Assembly (NCBI GenBank): GCA_963776245.1
Contig: CAVZLN010000003.1
Location: 640,001-704,000, forward strand
Source of the DNA: Candidatus Eiseniibacteriota bacterium
Lineage (GTDB): Bacteria > Eisenbacteria > RBG-16-71-46
Length of the DNA: 64,000 bases
Direction: 5' to 3'
The position numbers were made by a program, and so were the translations under genes. Under the pieces are notes generated by a model, which saw only the letters and a program-made list of their open reading frames with translations, was not told the origin of the DNA and searched no databases. How positions within the stretch are numbered: position 1 is the stretch's first letter; each line of letters starts with the position of its first letter. This document shows positions 30,717 to 40,479 of the stretch, piece by piece.

Positions 30717-31508
30717 CTAACGGTAGATGGTCTTGATACGGCCCCAGGTCGAGCGGCTGGCCGGCGTCGGGTACCCGCCGCAGGTCTCGGCGAACGTGGT
30801 GCCCACCGAGAGATCGTCGATCTTGAACATCCAGTTCGCGGTGCTCTGGCGGAATCCATAGGCGCCCAGCACGCGGCCCGTGGGAGTGGCATCCGTGCCC
30901 GAGACGGACGTGCTGGTCTCGTCGGCCGGGTCGACCCACAGCGTCCCGGTGCCGGTCGCGGCGTCGAAACGCGTCGCGACAACGTACCAGTGACCCGTGA
31001 CGAGCGGGGCTCCCCAGTACACGGGGGAGTTCACGGCCCCGTTCGAAATCCCGATATTGAAGGTGCTGGCATCGATGCCCTGGACGAACAGCTTGGCCGA
31101 GAAGGTCGTCCCGGTCGGCAGGTTGTCCTTGAAGTGCGCGAAGTAGGTCGGCGTGGGGCTGATCGCGACCGCCTGAGGAGGCATATAGAACTTCATGCAC
31201 GAATAAGTCTTGTCGGCCGCGCCGGTAAGGACGCTGAATCCAGGGCCGAATGGACGACTGTCGTCCGGAGCGTTCGCCATGTTGGCGACCATCTCATTGC
31301 CGATGATCTGGATGTCGAACGGTCCGCCGCCCGCGGTGCCGCTGTGCGTCATCCAGCCGGTGGTGGCGTTCACCGTGCCGGCCGGCGTGGCGCCGAGCGG
31401 CTGGTCCGGGAACGTGAACGTCTCGGTGTAGAACACGGTGGCGGACGCGGTGGCCGCGAAGGCCACGGCGAGGCCGAGAGCGAGGAGCGCGATGGTAGTC
31501 TTGCGCAT
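30717..31508 (-). CDS. Secreted Thr-rich beta-sandwich-like protein with a C-terminal TWGRIKTIYR tail
   Basis: Signal peptide MRKTTIALLALGLAVAFAATASA; AGGAG RBS; terminal TPASRSTWGRIKTIYR. Confidence 0.85.
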   Translation of the reverse strand: MRKTTIALLALGLAVAFAATASATVFYTETFTFPDQPLGATPAGTVNATTGWMTHSGTAGGGPFDIQIIGNEMVANMANAPDDSRPFGPGFSVLTGAADKTYSCMKFYMPPQAVAISPTPTYFAHFKDNLPTGTTFSAKLFVQGIDASTFNIGISNGAVNSPVYWGAPLVTGHWYVVATRFDAATGTGTLWVDPADETSTSVSGTDATPTGRVLGAYGFRQSTANWMFKIDDLSVGTTFAETCGGYPTPASRSTWGRIKTIYR

Positions 31509-31903
31509 GATGCGGTCTCCTGATGGTGCTGGGCTGTGGTGGGGAAAGGATGTTGGTTCGATTCCGCGTTCACCATGGGACTCGGAATGCGGCCGCTACC
31601 CTGACCATGGTCTCGTGCCCGAACTGAGGGCCGGGCGACCCTTATGGACGACAACCAAACCTGATCCGCCATATAGGTTAGAAGGAACCGGCCCACACCT
31701 CAAGCGGAAACTCGCGGTGCGGGAGATCGCGCGCCGACAGGAAGCAGTTGTGAAGATGATGCTTGCGGATCGCCACGGGTGTCGGCGGAGCGGGTCCGGA
31801 CCATGGTGTCAGCGCCAGATGGCGCCCGGGGCGCACGCCCATTCCCAGGTGGACCCGCCATCGGCCGGGCAGGCTCGGCACCATCATCCCGGCAAAATTC
31901 CTG

Positions 31904-34110
31904 TCATTGCGGTGATCCTGGGAAACCAGGCCCCGGGTCGATGTAGGCCCTCCGGCCCTGGAACAACCTGAGCCTCGAGTCGATTTCCCGCGCCAACCCC
32001 TCGGCGTGTGCCTCCCGGGCCAAGCCGGCCGCCCGTCCGGCGGTCCGAGCCGCCTCGCTGAACTCACCAGTCGCCGCCAGCGCGGTGGCGTAGGTGTCGA
32101 GGACCTCGGGGCGGCGGCCGCCGGTCATTTCCACCGCCCAACCCGCGAGCCGCTTGTCGAGGACCTCGGGGCGCCGTCCGCCGTCATCTCCACCGCCCAG
32201 CCGCGAGCCGCGGCCTCGGCGGGGTCCCTGATCGCCGGATCCGAGCTTGTGGCCAGCACCCAGGCCAGGGTGTTCATGGGTTCGGCCCACGCCGGGTTCA
32301 ACCGGATGGCACGCTTCAGGTGGACGATTGCCTCAGTGGTGCCGCCGGGGACCCGAAGCAGGGCGGCGGCCAGCTTGAAGCGAAGCTCGGGATCGTTGCC
32401 GGCGCGGCGCGCCGCTCGGCGAAGCAGGGCTAGCCCTTCGGCAGGCTGGCCCCGGGCGACCAGCCCTTCACCCAGCTGGATCAACACCGGCTGGAAGTCC
32501 GGGGCGAGCGCAAGCGCGCGTCGCTCGCAGGCGATCGCCTCGTCCGGTCTGCCGGTGGCCCGCAGCGTCAGAGCGAGGGCCCCGAGTGCCTCCGGGACGT
32601 TCGGGAGCGCGGCGCACGCGATACGCAGGTGCCCGACGGCCTCGGGCATGTCACCGCGCGCAGCCAGCAGGATGCCCAGGTTGTACTGTGCATCGCCGAA
32701 GCCGGGGACATCCGCGACCAGCTCGCGCAGGTACCTGATCGCATCGTCCGGTCTCGATTCCGACATCGCCAGCAGCGCGAGGCCGTTCTTGGTGGCGGGC
32801 GCATCGGGGGCCAGGCGCGCCATGTGATGAACCAGCGCGGACGTGTCCTTCCAGGGGCGCAGCGCGACCCTCACGCCGTGCGCTTCCAGCGCCAGGATCA
32901 GCACCAGCGGGAGCGCGAGGAGCGGCAACCGTGCCGGGACCGGCCGCCGGGCGCCCAGCGCTGCGAGTCCTGCCCCGATCGACACCATCAACCCGACCGC
33001 GGGGAAATAGACGTACTTGTCCGAGGCGATCACCCAGCTGTACTGCACCAGTCCGAGGGTGGGCGCGATGGCGAGTGCGAAGAACAGCGCGCTGACCAGC
33101 GGGCCGCGCGTTCGCCGGGCCGCGACCAGCACGGCCGCGGCCAGTGCCAGGACGATCGCCAGGCTGAGGGTCACCACCGGGTTGGCGAGCGTGAAGGGCT
33201 TGGGGGGGGCATACACGCAGCTCAGGTCAACGGGGGCGAGGATCTTGCCGAGGTAGAACGCGAGCAGGTAGCCGGCGTGCAGCGGCCAGTGCAGCAGATC
33301 GGAGCGCCCCATCTGCACGATGACGGCCGAACGGCTGTGCGAGATCACGGTGACGGCCGCGGAGGCGATGGAAAGGGCGAAGAACGGCCACTTCTCGACC
33401 ACGGCTCCCGCGCTCAGGCGCCGCAGCGGCCACCAGTCGAGCAGCAGGAGCAGCAGGGGCAGCGGCGCGACGGTGGGCTTGGAGAGCAGGGCGAGGGCGA
33501 AGCACCCGATCGCCGCGACCCACCACCCCCGGCTGCCGCGGCGGCGCGACTCGACATACGCCAATAGCGCCGCGATCGCGAAACACGCGGCGAGCAGGGT
33601 CTTGCGCTCGCTCACCCAGGCGACCGGTTCGACGGTGAGCGGGTGGAGGCCGAAGAGCAGCCCTGCGATCGCCGCCGGGAGCAGCGCGCCGAATAGGCGA
33701 TAGAGCAGCAGCACCAGCAGTGCGGTGGTGAGCAGGTGCAGCATCAGGCTGGTGCGGTGGAAGACCCGCAGGTCGTCGAACCGCCCGCCGAGAGCGTAGT
33801 CCGCCATCAGCGAGGTCATCGAGAGCGGCAGATAGTACCCCTCGACCGAGGAGGGGCGGAGCACCTCGCGGAAGAAGCGCGAGGTGGACTCCCATCCGGG
33901 GTGAGTGACGAGCGGGTTGTCCCGGATGAAGGCGTCGTCGTCCAGCGAGGTCGCGCGCGACCCGAGCACGGGCCAGTGCGCCGCCGCGACGATCGCCATG
34001 ACCAGCAGGAGCGCGCCGGCGACCGCGAAACCGCCTCCCGGTCGGGCGCGTGGCGGCGCGGCCTGAGCTGAGGGTGCGTCCGGAGCGGGGGTGGCGGTCG
34101 ACGGATTCAC
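31904..34110 (-). CDS. TMTC-like (GT-C fold) membrane glycosyltransferase with C-terminal TPRs; frameshifted near 32180
   Basis: LDDDAFIRDNP, YYLPL, HPLTVEPVAWVSERK, LLSKP and SDKYVYFP, then TPR repeats. The last TPR continues in another frame to the stop at 31904. Confidence 0.8.
32095..32211. repeat. Imperfect 60-bp tandem duplication within the TMTC-like gene
   Basis: TGTCGAGGACCTCGGGGCG...CCACCGCCCA...CCGCGAGCCGC at 32095 and 32155. Confidence 0.85.
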
Positions 34111-34194
34111 CGGGTGATTCTACGCGCGCGTCCCGGGCCCCTCAAGCGCGGGGCGCCGCCACGCCTGAGCGGGAATCCGTCACCGCGCGGACGT

Positions 34195-35169
34195 TCAGCG
34201 CGCGGCGCCGGTGGACTCCGGGACCGCGACCTTGTTCAGCAGCCGCACCACGTCGGCGAAGCGGGTCGCGCTGGTGGGGGCGCCCAGCACCACGGCGATC
34301 ATGTCGCGTCCCTGATCGCGTACCCAGGTGGCGAAGCAGTAGCCGGCCTCGTTGATGAAGCCGGTCTTGCCGCCGAGGATCTCGTAGTGGCTGTAGAGCA
34401 GGCGGTTGGTGTTGTGCACCGCATGGGCCCATCGGTCGCTGCGGAACTCATACGAGCGCGTGGTGGTGATCTGCCGGAACAGCGGCTGTCCCGCCGCGGC
34501 GCGCAGCAGGCGCGCGATGTCGGAGGCCGTGGACACATTGCGTTCATCGAGCCCGGTGAACTCGACGAACCGGGTGTGCGTCAGGCCGAGCTCGATCGCC
34601 TTGCGGTTCATGCGCGCGAGGAAGTCCTCGGGCGCCAGTCCCGACTCGCGGGTCAGCACGCGGGTCGCACAGTTGTCCGAACTCATCAGGCTCATGTGGA
34701 GCAGGTCGCCGAGCCGCACGTGCTCGCGGTTGTGCAGGCGAGTGCGTCCCGCGCCGAGGATCTCCGCGCGCGTCACCTCGACCTCGCGCTCGAGGTCGAT
34801 CGGCTGCTCGAGGAACACCATCGCGGTCATCAGCTTGGTGAGACTCGCGATCGGGACCGAGGCGGCGGAGTTCTTCTCGTACAGCACGTCGCCGGTACGG
34901 GGGTCGATCACGATGGCGTTGCGGGCGTACACGCCGCCAGCGGGCGGCGGGCGGCGGACGCGGTGCCGGCGGGGACGGGAGGCCGCGCGGCGGATCGTCC
35001 GATGGGTCGCCGCCGGCGCGGCCCGGACGGCGGGGGCCTTCGCCACGCGCGGGGTCGGGGAGGTCCGCTTCCGCGGGGTGGATTCGGCAGCATCGGCCAT
35101 CATGGCGGTGCACGCCAGTACGCCGGCGAGGAGCAGGGCGCCCCAGCGCCGCGCGACGCGGTGCAGCAT
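34195..35169 (-). CDS. D-Ala-D-Ala endo/carboxypeptidase (S11, PBP7/PbpG-like)
   Basis: Signal peptide, SxxK (ASLTK), SDN and KTG (GKTGFINEAGYC). Confidence 0.92.
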   Translation of the reverse strand: MLHRVARRWGALLLAGVLACTAMMADAAESTPRKRTSPTPRVAKAPAVRAAPAATHRTIRRAASRPRRHRVRRPPPAGGVYARNAIVIDPRTGDVLYEKNSAASVPIASLTKLMTAMVFLEQPIDLEREVEVTRAEILGAGRTRLHNREHVRLGDLLHMSLMSSDNCATRVLTRESGLAPEDFLARMNRKAIELGLTHTRFVEFTGLDERNVSTASDIARLLRAAAGQPLFRQITTTRSYEFRSDRWAHAVHNTNRLLYSHYEILGGKTGFINEAGYCFATWVRDQGRDMIAVVLGAPTSATRFADVVRLLNKVAVPESTGAAR

Positions 35170-35257
35170 GGAACCTCCTGGTCGTTCGGATCGGCCGATC
35201 CGTCCATGGTATCGGCAGGTGCTGCCGCGCGACTCTATGCGACCGGCGCCCGAGCGG

Positions 35258-35983
35258 TCAACGGCTCACGTCCGGGCGCAGGTCTTCGCGCAGGAACACG
35301 AGGAAGGACTCGACCGCCCGCACCGCCGCCGTATCGGCCTCCGACAGTGCGGCCTGCACGTATTCGTCGTGGCAGGCCCCGGTGCGCGCCGGGATCCCGG
35401 TCCGATAGAGCGCGAGCACGTCCTCGAACTCGCGCGCGCCCTGCTCGGCCGCCCCGCGAGAGACCTCGCGCAGGTTGACCCGCGCCGCGCGCAGCGTCTC
35501 GGGCACCAGCCGCAGCCGTCGGGTCGCGCGCCGCGCCCGCGTGCACGGAGGGTCCTGCGCGAGCACGTCGGCGATGGCCTCACCCGCCAGGGCGGCGTAC
35601 GCCGCGGGCTCGCGCTCCCACACCCGCCGCACATCATGGGCCTCGCGGAGCCGGGCGACCTCGCGCGCCAGCGAGTCGCGCGCCGCGGCCGGGGCGGGCG
35701 GGAGGTCCGCGTCGTGGACCGCGTCCAGTCTCGCGGCGAAGGCCGCGAGCCAGGCGCGCTCGCTCTCGATCCAGGGCTGCGTCACCGGCACCAGCGGCAG
35801 GTCGCGGGCGGGCAGGCCGAGGCGCGCGGCTTCGTGCGGCCAACTCGCCAGCAGGTGCCCGGCCCACTCACGCTCGAGGCGCGCCACCTCGCGATCGGGC
35901 GTCTCGGCGCGGGCGCCGTCCGCGCCCAGCACGAGCGCGAGCGCGACGGAGAACGCGAGCGGCAGCCGGGCGGTGCGGGGCAT
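35258..35983 (-). CDS. Secreted protein resembling the N-terminal half of the DUF885 family
   Basis: Signal peptide, P..A..LG, and RLRLVPETLRAARVNL...AVESFLVFL pattern. Confidence 0.55.
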   Translation of the reverse strand: MPRTARLPLAFSVALALVLGADGARAETPDREVARLEREWAGHLLASWPHEAARLGLPARDLPLVPVTQPWIESERAWLAAFAARLDAVHDADLPPAPAAARDSLAREVARLREAHDVRRVWEREPAAYAALAGEAIADVLAQDPPCTRARRATRRLRLVPETLRAARVNLREVSRGAAEQGAREFEDVLALYRTGIPARTGACHDEYVQAALSEADTAAVRAVESFLVFLREDLRPDVSR

Positions 35984-36124
35984 GCGGATCTCCAGGACGG
36001 TGAGGGCGCGAGGCCGTGGGACCGATGGGATGCGCGTGGGTGAGCTCCGGTGCGTGCCGTCATAGCACCATGGCCGGCTCGGCCCGCACAAGCGCGTCCG
36101 CGTGCCGCCCGCGGGCGCTCCGGC

Positions 36125-36826
36125 TCAGGCGCCGCCAGCCGCCCGTTCGAACGTGAAGGCCGGCGCGTCGTCCGCGCCGTCGTGCAGCACCCGCACGCCG
36201 CGCGCGTCGATCGCCACCCGCGTTCCCTCGGCGCCGCCGTCGAGCGCCTGCTCGACGCCGAGCATGAGCCCGGCGCCGTCGAGCGCGTGCGGGGCCACGT
36301 CCCACGCCAGTGCGGTGAGGCGCGAGACCAGCGTGGCCACGGCCCCGGGCGCGGCCTCGGCCTCGCCGGGGGCGAGCGCGTATTCGAGCCGGAGCGAAGG
36401 CGCCAGCTCGGGCCCCACCGGGCGATTCTCGCGCGAGGTGAGCCCCGAGGTGAGCGCGCGCTGGACCTCGCCGAGGTCGAACGGCTTGCGCAGGTACTCG
36501 TGCGCCCCCATGCGCACCACCGCGAGCGCGGATTCGAACGACGGGAAGCCCGTCATGACGATCACCACCAGGCTGGGATCGATCTGGCGCGCGGAGGTCA
36601 CCAGCGCCGCGCCGTCGAACCCGGGCATGCGCAGGTCGGTGACGATGGCGTCGAAGCGGGCGCGCCGCAGGTGTTCCAGGGCGGCATGGCCATCCGTGAC
36701 CGCTTCGACGCGCGCGCCGAGGTGCACCAGATAGTCGACCAGCATCTCGCACACCTCGGGCTGGTCGTCCACGATCAGGATGGCGCGACCTTCCAGCGGC
36801 ATGAGGTGCGGTGCCCGGACGTTCAT
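36125..36826 (-). CDS. Response regulator receiver with an atypical C-terminal domain
   Basis: ILIVDD, IVTDLRMPGFDG, MTG and YLRKPF. Confidence 0.88.
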   Translation of the reverse strand: MNVRAPHLMPLEGRAILIVDDQPEVCEMLVDYLVHLGARVEAVTDGHAALEHLRRARFDAIVTDLRMPGFDGAALVTSARQIDPSLVVIVMTGFPSFESALAVVRMGAHEYLRKPFDLGEVQRALTSGLTSRENRPVGPELAPSLRLEYALAPGEAEAAPGAVATLVSRLTALAWDVAPHALDGAGLMLGVEQALDGGAEGTRVAIDARGVRVLHDGADDAPAFTFERAAGGA

Positions 36827-37620
36827 GCCGCGAGCCTCCCCGCGCCCAGCCGGTGGCGGGCGAACCGGATGCGGCGTCCGCCGCGGTCCACTTCGACCTC
36901 GTCCATCAGGGCGCGTACCAGCGCGAGCCCGTGCCGGCCCTCCGCGGTCTCGGTCTTCGGTTCATAGCCGTCGCCCTCGTCCTCGACCACGCACGCGATG
37001 GTGTCCGGCCCGATCTCGGCGCTGAAGCGCACCACGCGCTCGCGCTCGAACCGGTGGCCGTACTGCATCGCGTTGAGCAGCGTCTCGAGCAAGCAGAAGC
37101 GGAACGCGGAGCGGCCGGTGACGTCGAGTTCGACGCCGGTCTCCGCCACCATCCGCTCGAGCACCAGGAACGCGCCCGCCCGCAGGCCCGGGTCCGACGG
37201 CACCTCGAGGGTGCATCGCAGGGTGCCCGGCAGCAGCCCGGGGGCCCGGCCCGGATGGCTTCCGAGCGCCCGCGTCACCGCGGCGCGGATGGTCGACGCG
37301 TCGAACGGCTTGGGCAGGAACTCGACCGCGCCGAGCTTGCCGGCGCTGATTGCGTCCCCGAGTGTGCCGAATCCGGAGACCACGATGAACGCGGTATGGG
37401 GCGCGAACGGGCGCGCGCTCTCGAGCAGCTCGAGCCCCGAGATCCCATGCATGCGCAGGTCGGTGACCACCACGTCGGGCGGCTCGCGACGGATGCGCTC
37501 CAGCGCTTCGGCGCCCGACGCGGCGGTCTCCACGTCCACCCCCAGCGCGCCGATGGCGACGCCGAGGAACGAGCGCAGCAGGACTTCGTCGTCCACCACC
37601 AGCACCGTCCGTCGTGACAC
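36823..37620 (-). CDS. Receiver domain fused to an anti-sigma-type HATPase_c domain
   Basis: VLVVDDE, TDLRMHG and PKPF, then ETLLNAMQYG, VEDEGDGY and GRHGLALVRALMDEV. Confidence 0.88.
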   Translation of the reverse strand: MSRRTVLVVDDEVLLRSFLGVAIGALGVDVETAASGAEALERIRREPPDVVVTDLRMHGISGLELLESARPFAPHTAFIVVSGFGTLGDAISAGKLGAVEFLPKPFDASTIRAAVTRALGSHPGRAPGLLPGTLRCTLEVPSDPGLRAGAFLVLERMVAETGVELDVTGRSAFRFCLLETLLNAMQYGHRFERERVVRFSAEIGPDTIACVVEDEGDGYEPKTETAEGRHGLALVRALMDEVEVDRGGRRIRFARHRLGAGRLAA

Positions 37621-37771
37621 GAGACCACCCTCCGGATCGCAGGAGCCCGGATGGGGTTTCGGCACGAAGGACGCGCGACTTTGGCCCGAACTGCGGCAGG
37701 GCCCGCGGGGTCGCCGCGGCGCTCCCGCCGGGCGTCCCGGGCTGGCGGGGTGCGGCCGGCGGCCGTCCCGC

Positions 37772-38500
37772 CTAGGGCCGCGGCACCACGTCCCGCACCA
37801 GCGCCATTGGGTCGTCCACCCGCAGCGGCGCCACCGAGAGGTAGGCCTGCGCGTAGCGCACGCCGATCTGCCAGCCCCAGTAGCGCGCGTAGGCCTCGAA
37901 TGCCTCGCGGGCGTGCGGCACGTGCTCGGGGTGCGGCCGGTCGGGGTTGGAGAACTGGCTCTGGTGGCAGTCGATCGCGTTCATCCAGTCGTCGAAGAAC
38001 TCGGAGACATCGACGATGAAGGTGGCGGTGGTGCCGGGCGGGAGGAAGTAGAAGAACATCGCCTTGGCCTGGTGCGGCTCCCCCGGGATCGGAGCCTTGC
38101 GCAGGTGCGCGAGGTTGTACGCGTTCGCCACGATCTGCCCGGTCTTGTAGTGGTCGTTGTGCCCGAGCCCGCGGCCGATCGGCAGATTGTAGTAGGGCGC
38201 GAGCACGATCGACGGCCGGTGGCGCCGGATCGCGGCGGCCGCGTTGCAGCGGTTCTCGAAGGTGTCCTCGATGCGGCAGTCCCCGAGGTCGAGGTTCTCG
38301 CGCACGTCGAGCTGCAGGATGCGCGCCGCCTCGGCGCTCTCCGCGCCGCGCCCTTCGGGCGTGCCCCAGCCCATGTCGCCGGTGGTCATGTCGATGATGC
38401 CGGTGGCATGGCCGAGCGCCTTCATCTTGCGCAGCAGCCCGCCGCAACCGATCTCGGCGTCGTCGGGGTGCGGCCCGAACGCGAGCAGATCGACCGCCAT
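37772..38500 (-). CDS. PIG-L family deacetylase (BshB1-like)
   Basis: FGPHPDDAEIGCGG, HNDH and AIDCHQSQF. Confidence 0.88.
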   Translation of the reverse strand: MAVDLLAFGPHPDDAEIGCGGLLRKMKALGHATGIIDMTTGDMGWGTPEGRGAESAEAARILQLDVRENLDLGDCRIEDTFENRCNAAAAIRRHRPSIVLAPYYNLPIGRGLGHNDHYKTGQIVANAYNLAHLRKAPIPGEPHQAKAMFFYFLPPGTTATFIVDVSEFFDDWMNAIDCHQSQFSNPDRPHPEHVPHAREAFEAYARYWGWQIGVRYAQAYLSVAPLRVDDPMALVRDVVPRP

Positions 38501-38604
38501 GAGGAGGTTCTCCGTGGTCCTGGGGTGCGCGTCGTCATGCGGTGCGCCCGCGCGCGGCTCGCGTGGCGCGACCGGGCCCGCATCTTAGCACCGGCGACCG
38601 CGGG

Positions 38605-40245
38605 CTACGCGTCGGGCGTCGCGATCGCCGGCGGATCCACCGAGGGGGCCGGCTGCTCGGCGTACATGGTCGCGAAGTAGTCCTGCACCATGCGGTCGGC
38701 CGAGAACCGGGTCTCGCCCATGATCACGCTCTCGACCATCATGTGCCGCCAGCGGGCGGGCTCCTTCCAGGCCGGCAGCACGTCGCGGTCGAGCACGGCG
38801 TACAGGTTCCTCAGATCGGTGTCGTCGTCGGTGTTGGTGCCGTCGCCGATCGCCCAGCCGGTCTCGCCGTGGCGGCAGCCCTCGGGCCACCAGCCGTCGA
38901 GGATGCTCAGGTTGAGCACCCCGTTCATCGCCGCCTTCATGCCCGAGGTGCCGCTCGCCTCGAGCGGGCGCGTCGGGTTGTTGAGCCACACGTCGGCGCC
39001 GCGCACCAGCGTGCGGGCGATCGCCATCTCGTAGTTCTCGATGAATACGATGCGGCCGGGGTGCTTCTGCTGCGCTTTCACCAGCCGTGCGACGATCGCC
39101 TTGCCGGTCCGGTCGTCGGGATGCGCCTTGCCCGAGAACAGCAGGTTGACCGCGTGGTTCGCGAGCAGCGACTCGAGCCGCGCCTCGTCGCGCAGGATCA
39201 GGTCGCTGCGCTTGTAGCCCGCCGCGCGCCGCGCGAAACCGATGGTGAGCGAATCGGGGTCGAGCGCCACCTGGTTGCGCCGCTGCACCTCGGCGAGCAG
39301 TTCGCGCTTGAGCGCGAGGTGGGCCTCCCACAACCGGGTGGGGTCGTGCCGGGCGTCGCGCACGCGCGCGTCCTGCCACGTCGGCACGTGCACGCCGTTC
39401 GTCACGTGGGTGATCGGCGCCGCGTCGTCCACGTGGGCCCACATCGCGCGCGCGGTCTCGCCGTGGAGCGCGGCCACCGCGTTGGCCTTGCGCGCCAGGC
39501 GCAGCCCGGCCACCGTCATGTTGAACGGGTCGCCGCCGAGCGCCCGCATCTCGGCGCCCGAGAGCTGCAGGCAGGCGCCCATGCGGCGCAGGTCCTTGAG
39601 CGAGTGCTCCTCGTTGCCCGCGAGCACCGGCGTGTGGGTGGTGAAGATGATGTGCTTGCGCACCTCGGCCCACGCGTCCGGGAAGTCGAAGCTGCGCTCC
39701 TCCATGCGCGCAGTGATCAGTTCGACCCCAGCGAACACCGCGTGGCCCTCGTTGAAGTGATAGGTCGAGATCGGGATGCCGAGCCAGTTGAGCGCGCGCA
39801 CCCCGCCGATGCCGAGCAGCATCTCCTGGGCGATGCGCACGTCGGTTCCGGCCTCGTAGAGGCGGTGGGTGATCCAGCGATCCGCGGCGTGCATCGGTTC
39901 GAGCAGGAACAGGGGCACGTGCCCGTAGCGGTCGGTGAAGCGCACCGCGCACTGCACCTCGGAGCCGCGCACCCGCACCCGCACGCGCACGCCGGTGTCC
40001 TGCAGGAAGGCGTGGTCGTACGTTGAGTACTCGTCGTAGGGCTGGCCGTTCGCGTCGATGCGCTGGTTCGAGAATCCGCGTTCCCAGCGCAGGCCCACGC
40101 CCACCACCGGCAGCCGGAGGTCCTTCGCGGACTTGATGAAGTCGCCGGCGAGGATGCCGAGCCCCCCCGAGTAGATCGGGAAGGACGGATCGACGCCGAA
40201 CTCCATGCAGAAGTAGGCGACGTGCGGCGTGCGCGAAAAGGCCAT
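38605..40245 (-). CDS. glgP: Alpha-glucan phosphorylase
   Basis: AYFCMEFG, YSGGLGILAGD, NEGH, TNGVH, FARRAAGYKR, GKAHP and EASGTSGMKA. Confidence 0.95.
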   Translation of the reverse strand: MAFSRTPHVAYFCMEFGVDPSFPIYSGGLGILAGDFIKSAKDLRLPVVGVGLRWERGFSNQRIDANGQPYDEYSTYDHAFLQDTGVRVRVRVRGSEVQCAVRFTDRYGHVPLFLLEPMHAADRWITHRLYEAGTDVRIAQEMLLGIGGVRALNWLGIPISTYHFNEGHAVFAGVELITARMEERSFDFPDAWAEVRKHIIFTTHTPVLAGNEEHSLKDLRRMGACLQLSGAEMRALGGDPFNMTVAGLRLARKANAVAALHGETARAMWAHVDDAAPITHVTNGVHVPTWQDARVRDARHDPTRLWEAHLALKRELLAEVQRRNQVALDPDSLTIGFARRAAGYKRSDLILRDEARLESLLANHAVNLLFSGKAHPDDRTGKAIVARLVKAQQKHPGRIVFIENYEMAIARTLVRGADVWLNNPTRPLEASGTSGMKAAMNGVLNLSILDGWWPEGCRHGETGWAIGDGTNTDDDTDLRNLYAVLDRDVLPAWKEPARWRHMMVESVIMGETRFSADRMVQDYFATMYAEQPAPSVDPPAIATPDA

Positions 40246-40479
40246 GTGCGGGGCTCGGGATCAGGGATGGATGCGGGCCAGCGGGTTTCGGGCGCGGGAT
40301 TCTAAGAGGTCCGGGCCCGGGTTGTCACGCGAGGGAGGCGCGCGCCGGGGCCGCCCTGCGGTCATCGGCGCGAAGGCGGCCGGGCTTGAAGGTCCGCGCG
40401 GACCGGGCGCGCGGGCCGACTTTCCCGCAGGCCGGCGTTGCCGTTAGTGTGGGGGCTCCGAACCAGGGAGGGCCACCGG

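Noticed and set aside
31510..31900. Possible riboswitch or small gene in the AT-richer spacer
   Set aside because: Only a short GGTAGCGG similarity, with no coherent fold or credible ORF. More likely promoter DNA.
37660..37675. CGGCACG...GC sigma54-like motif
   Set aside because: It is on the plus strand, antisense to the surrounding minus-strand genes, and lacks the T before GC.
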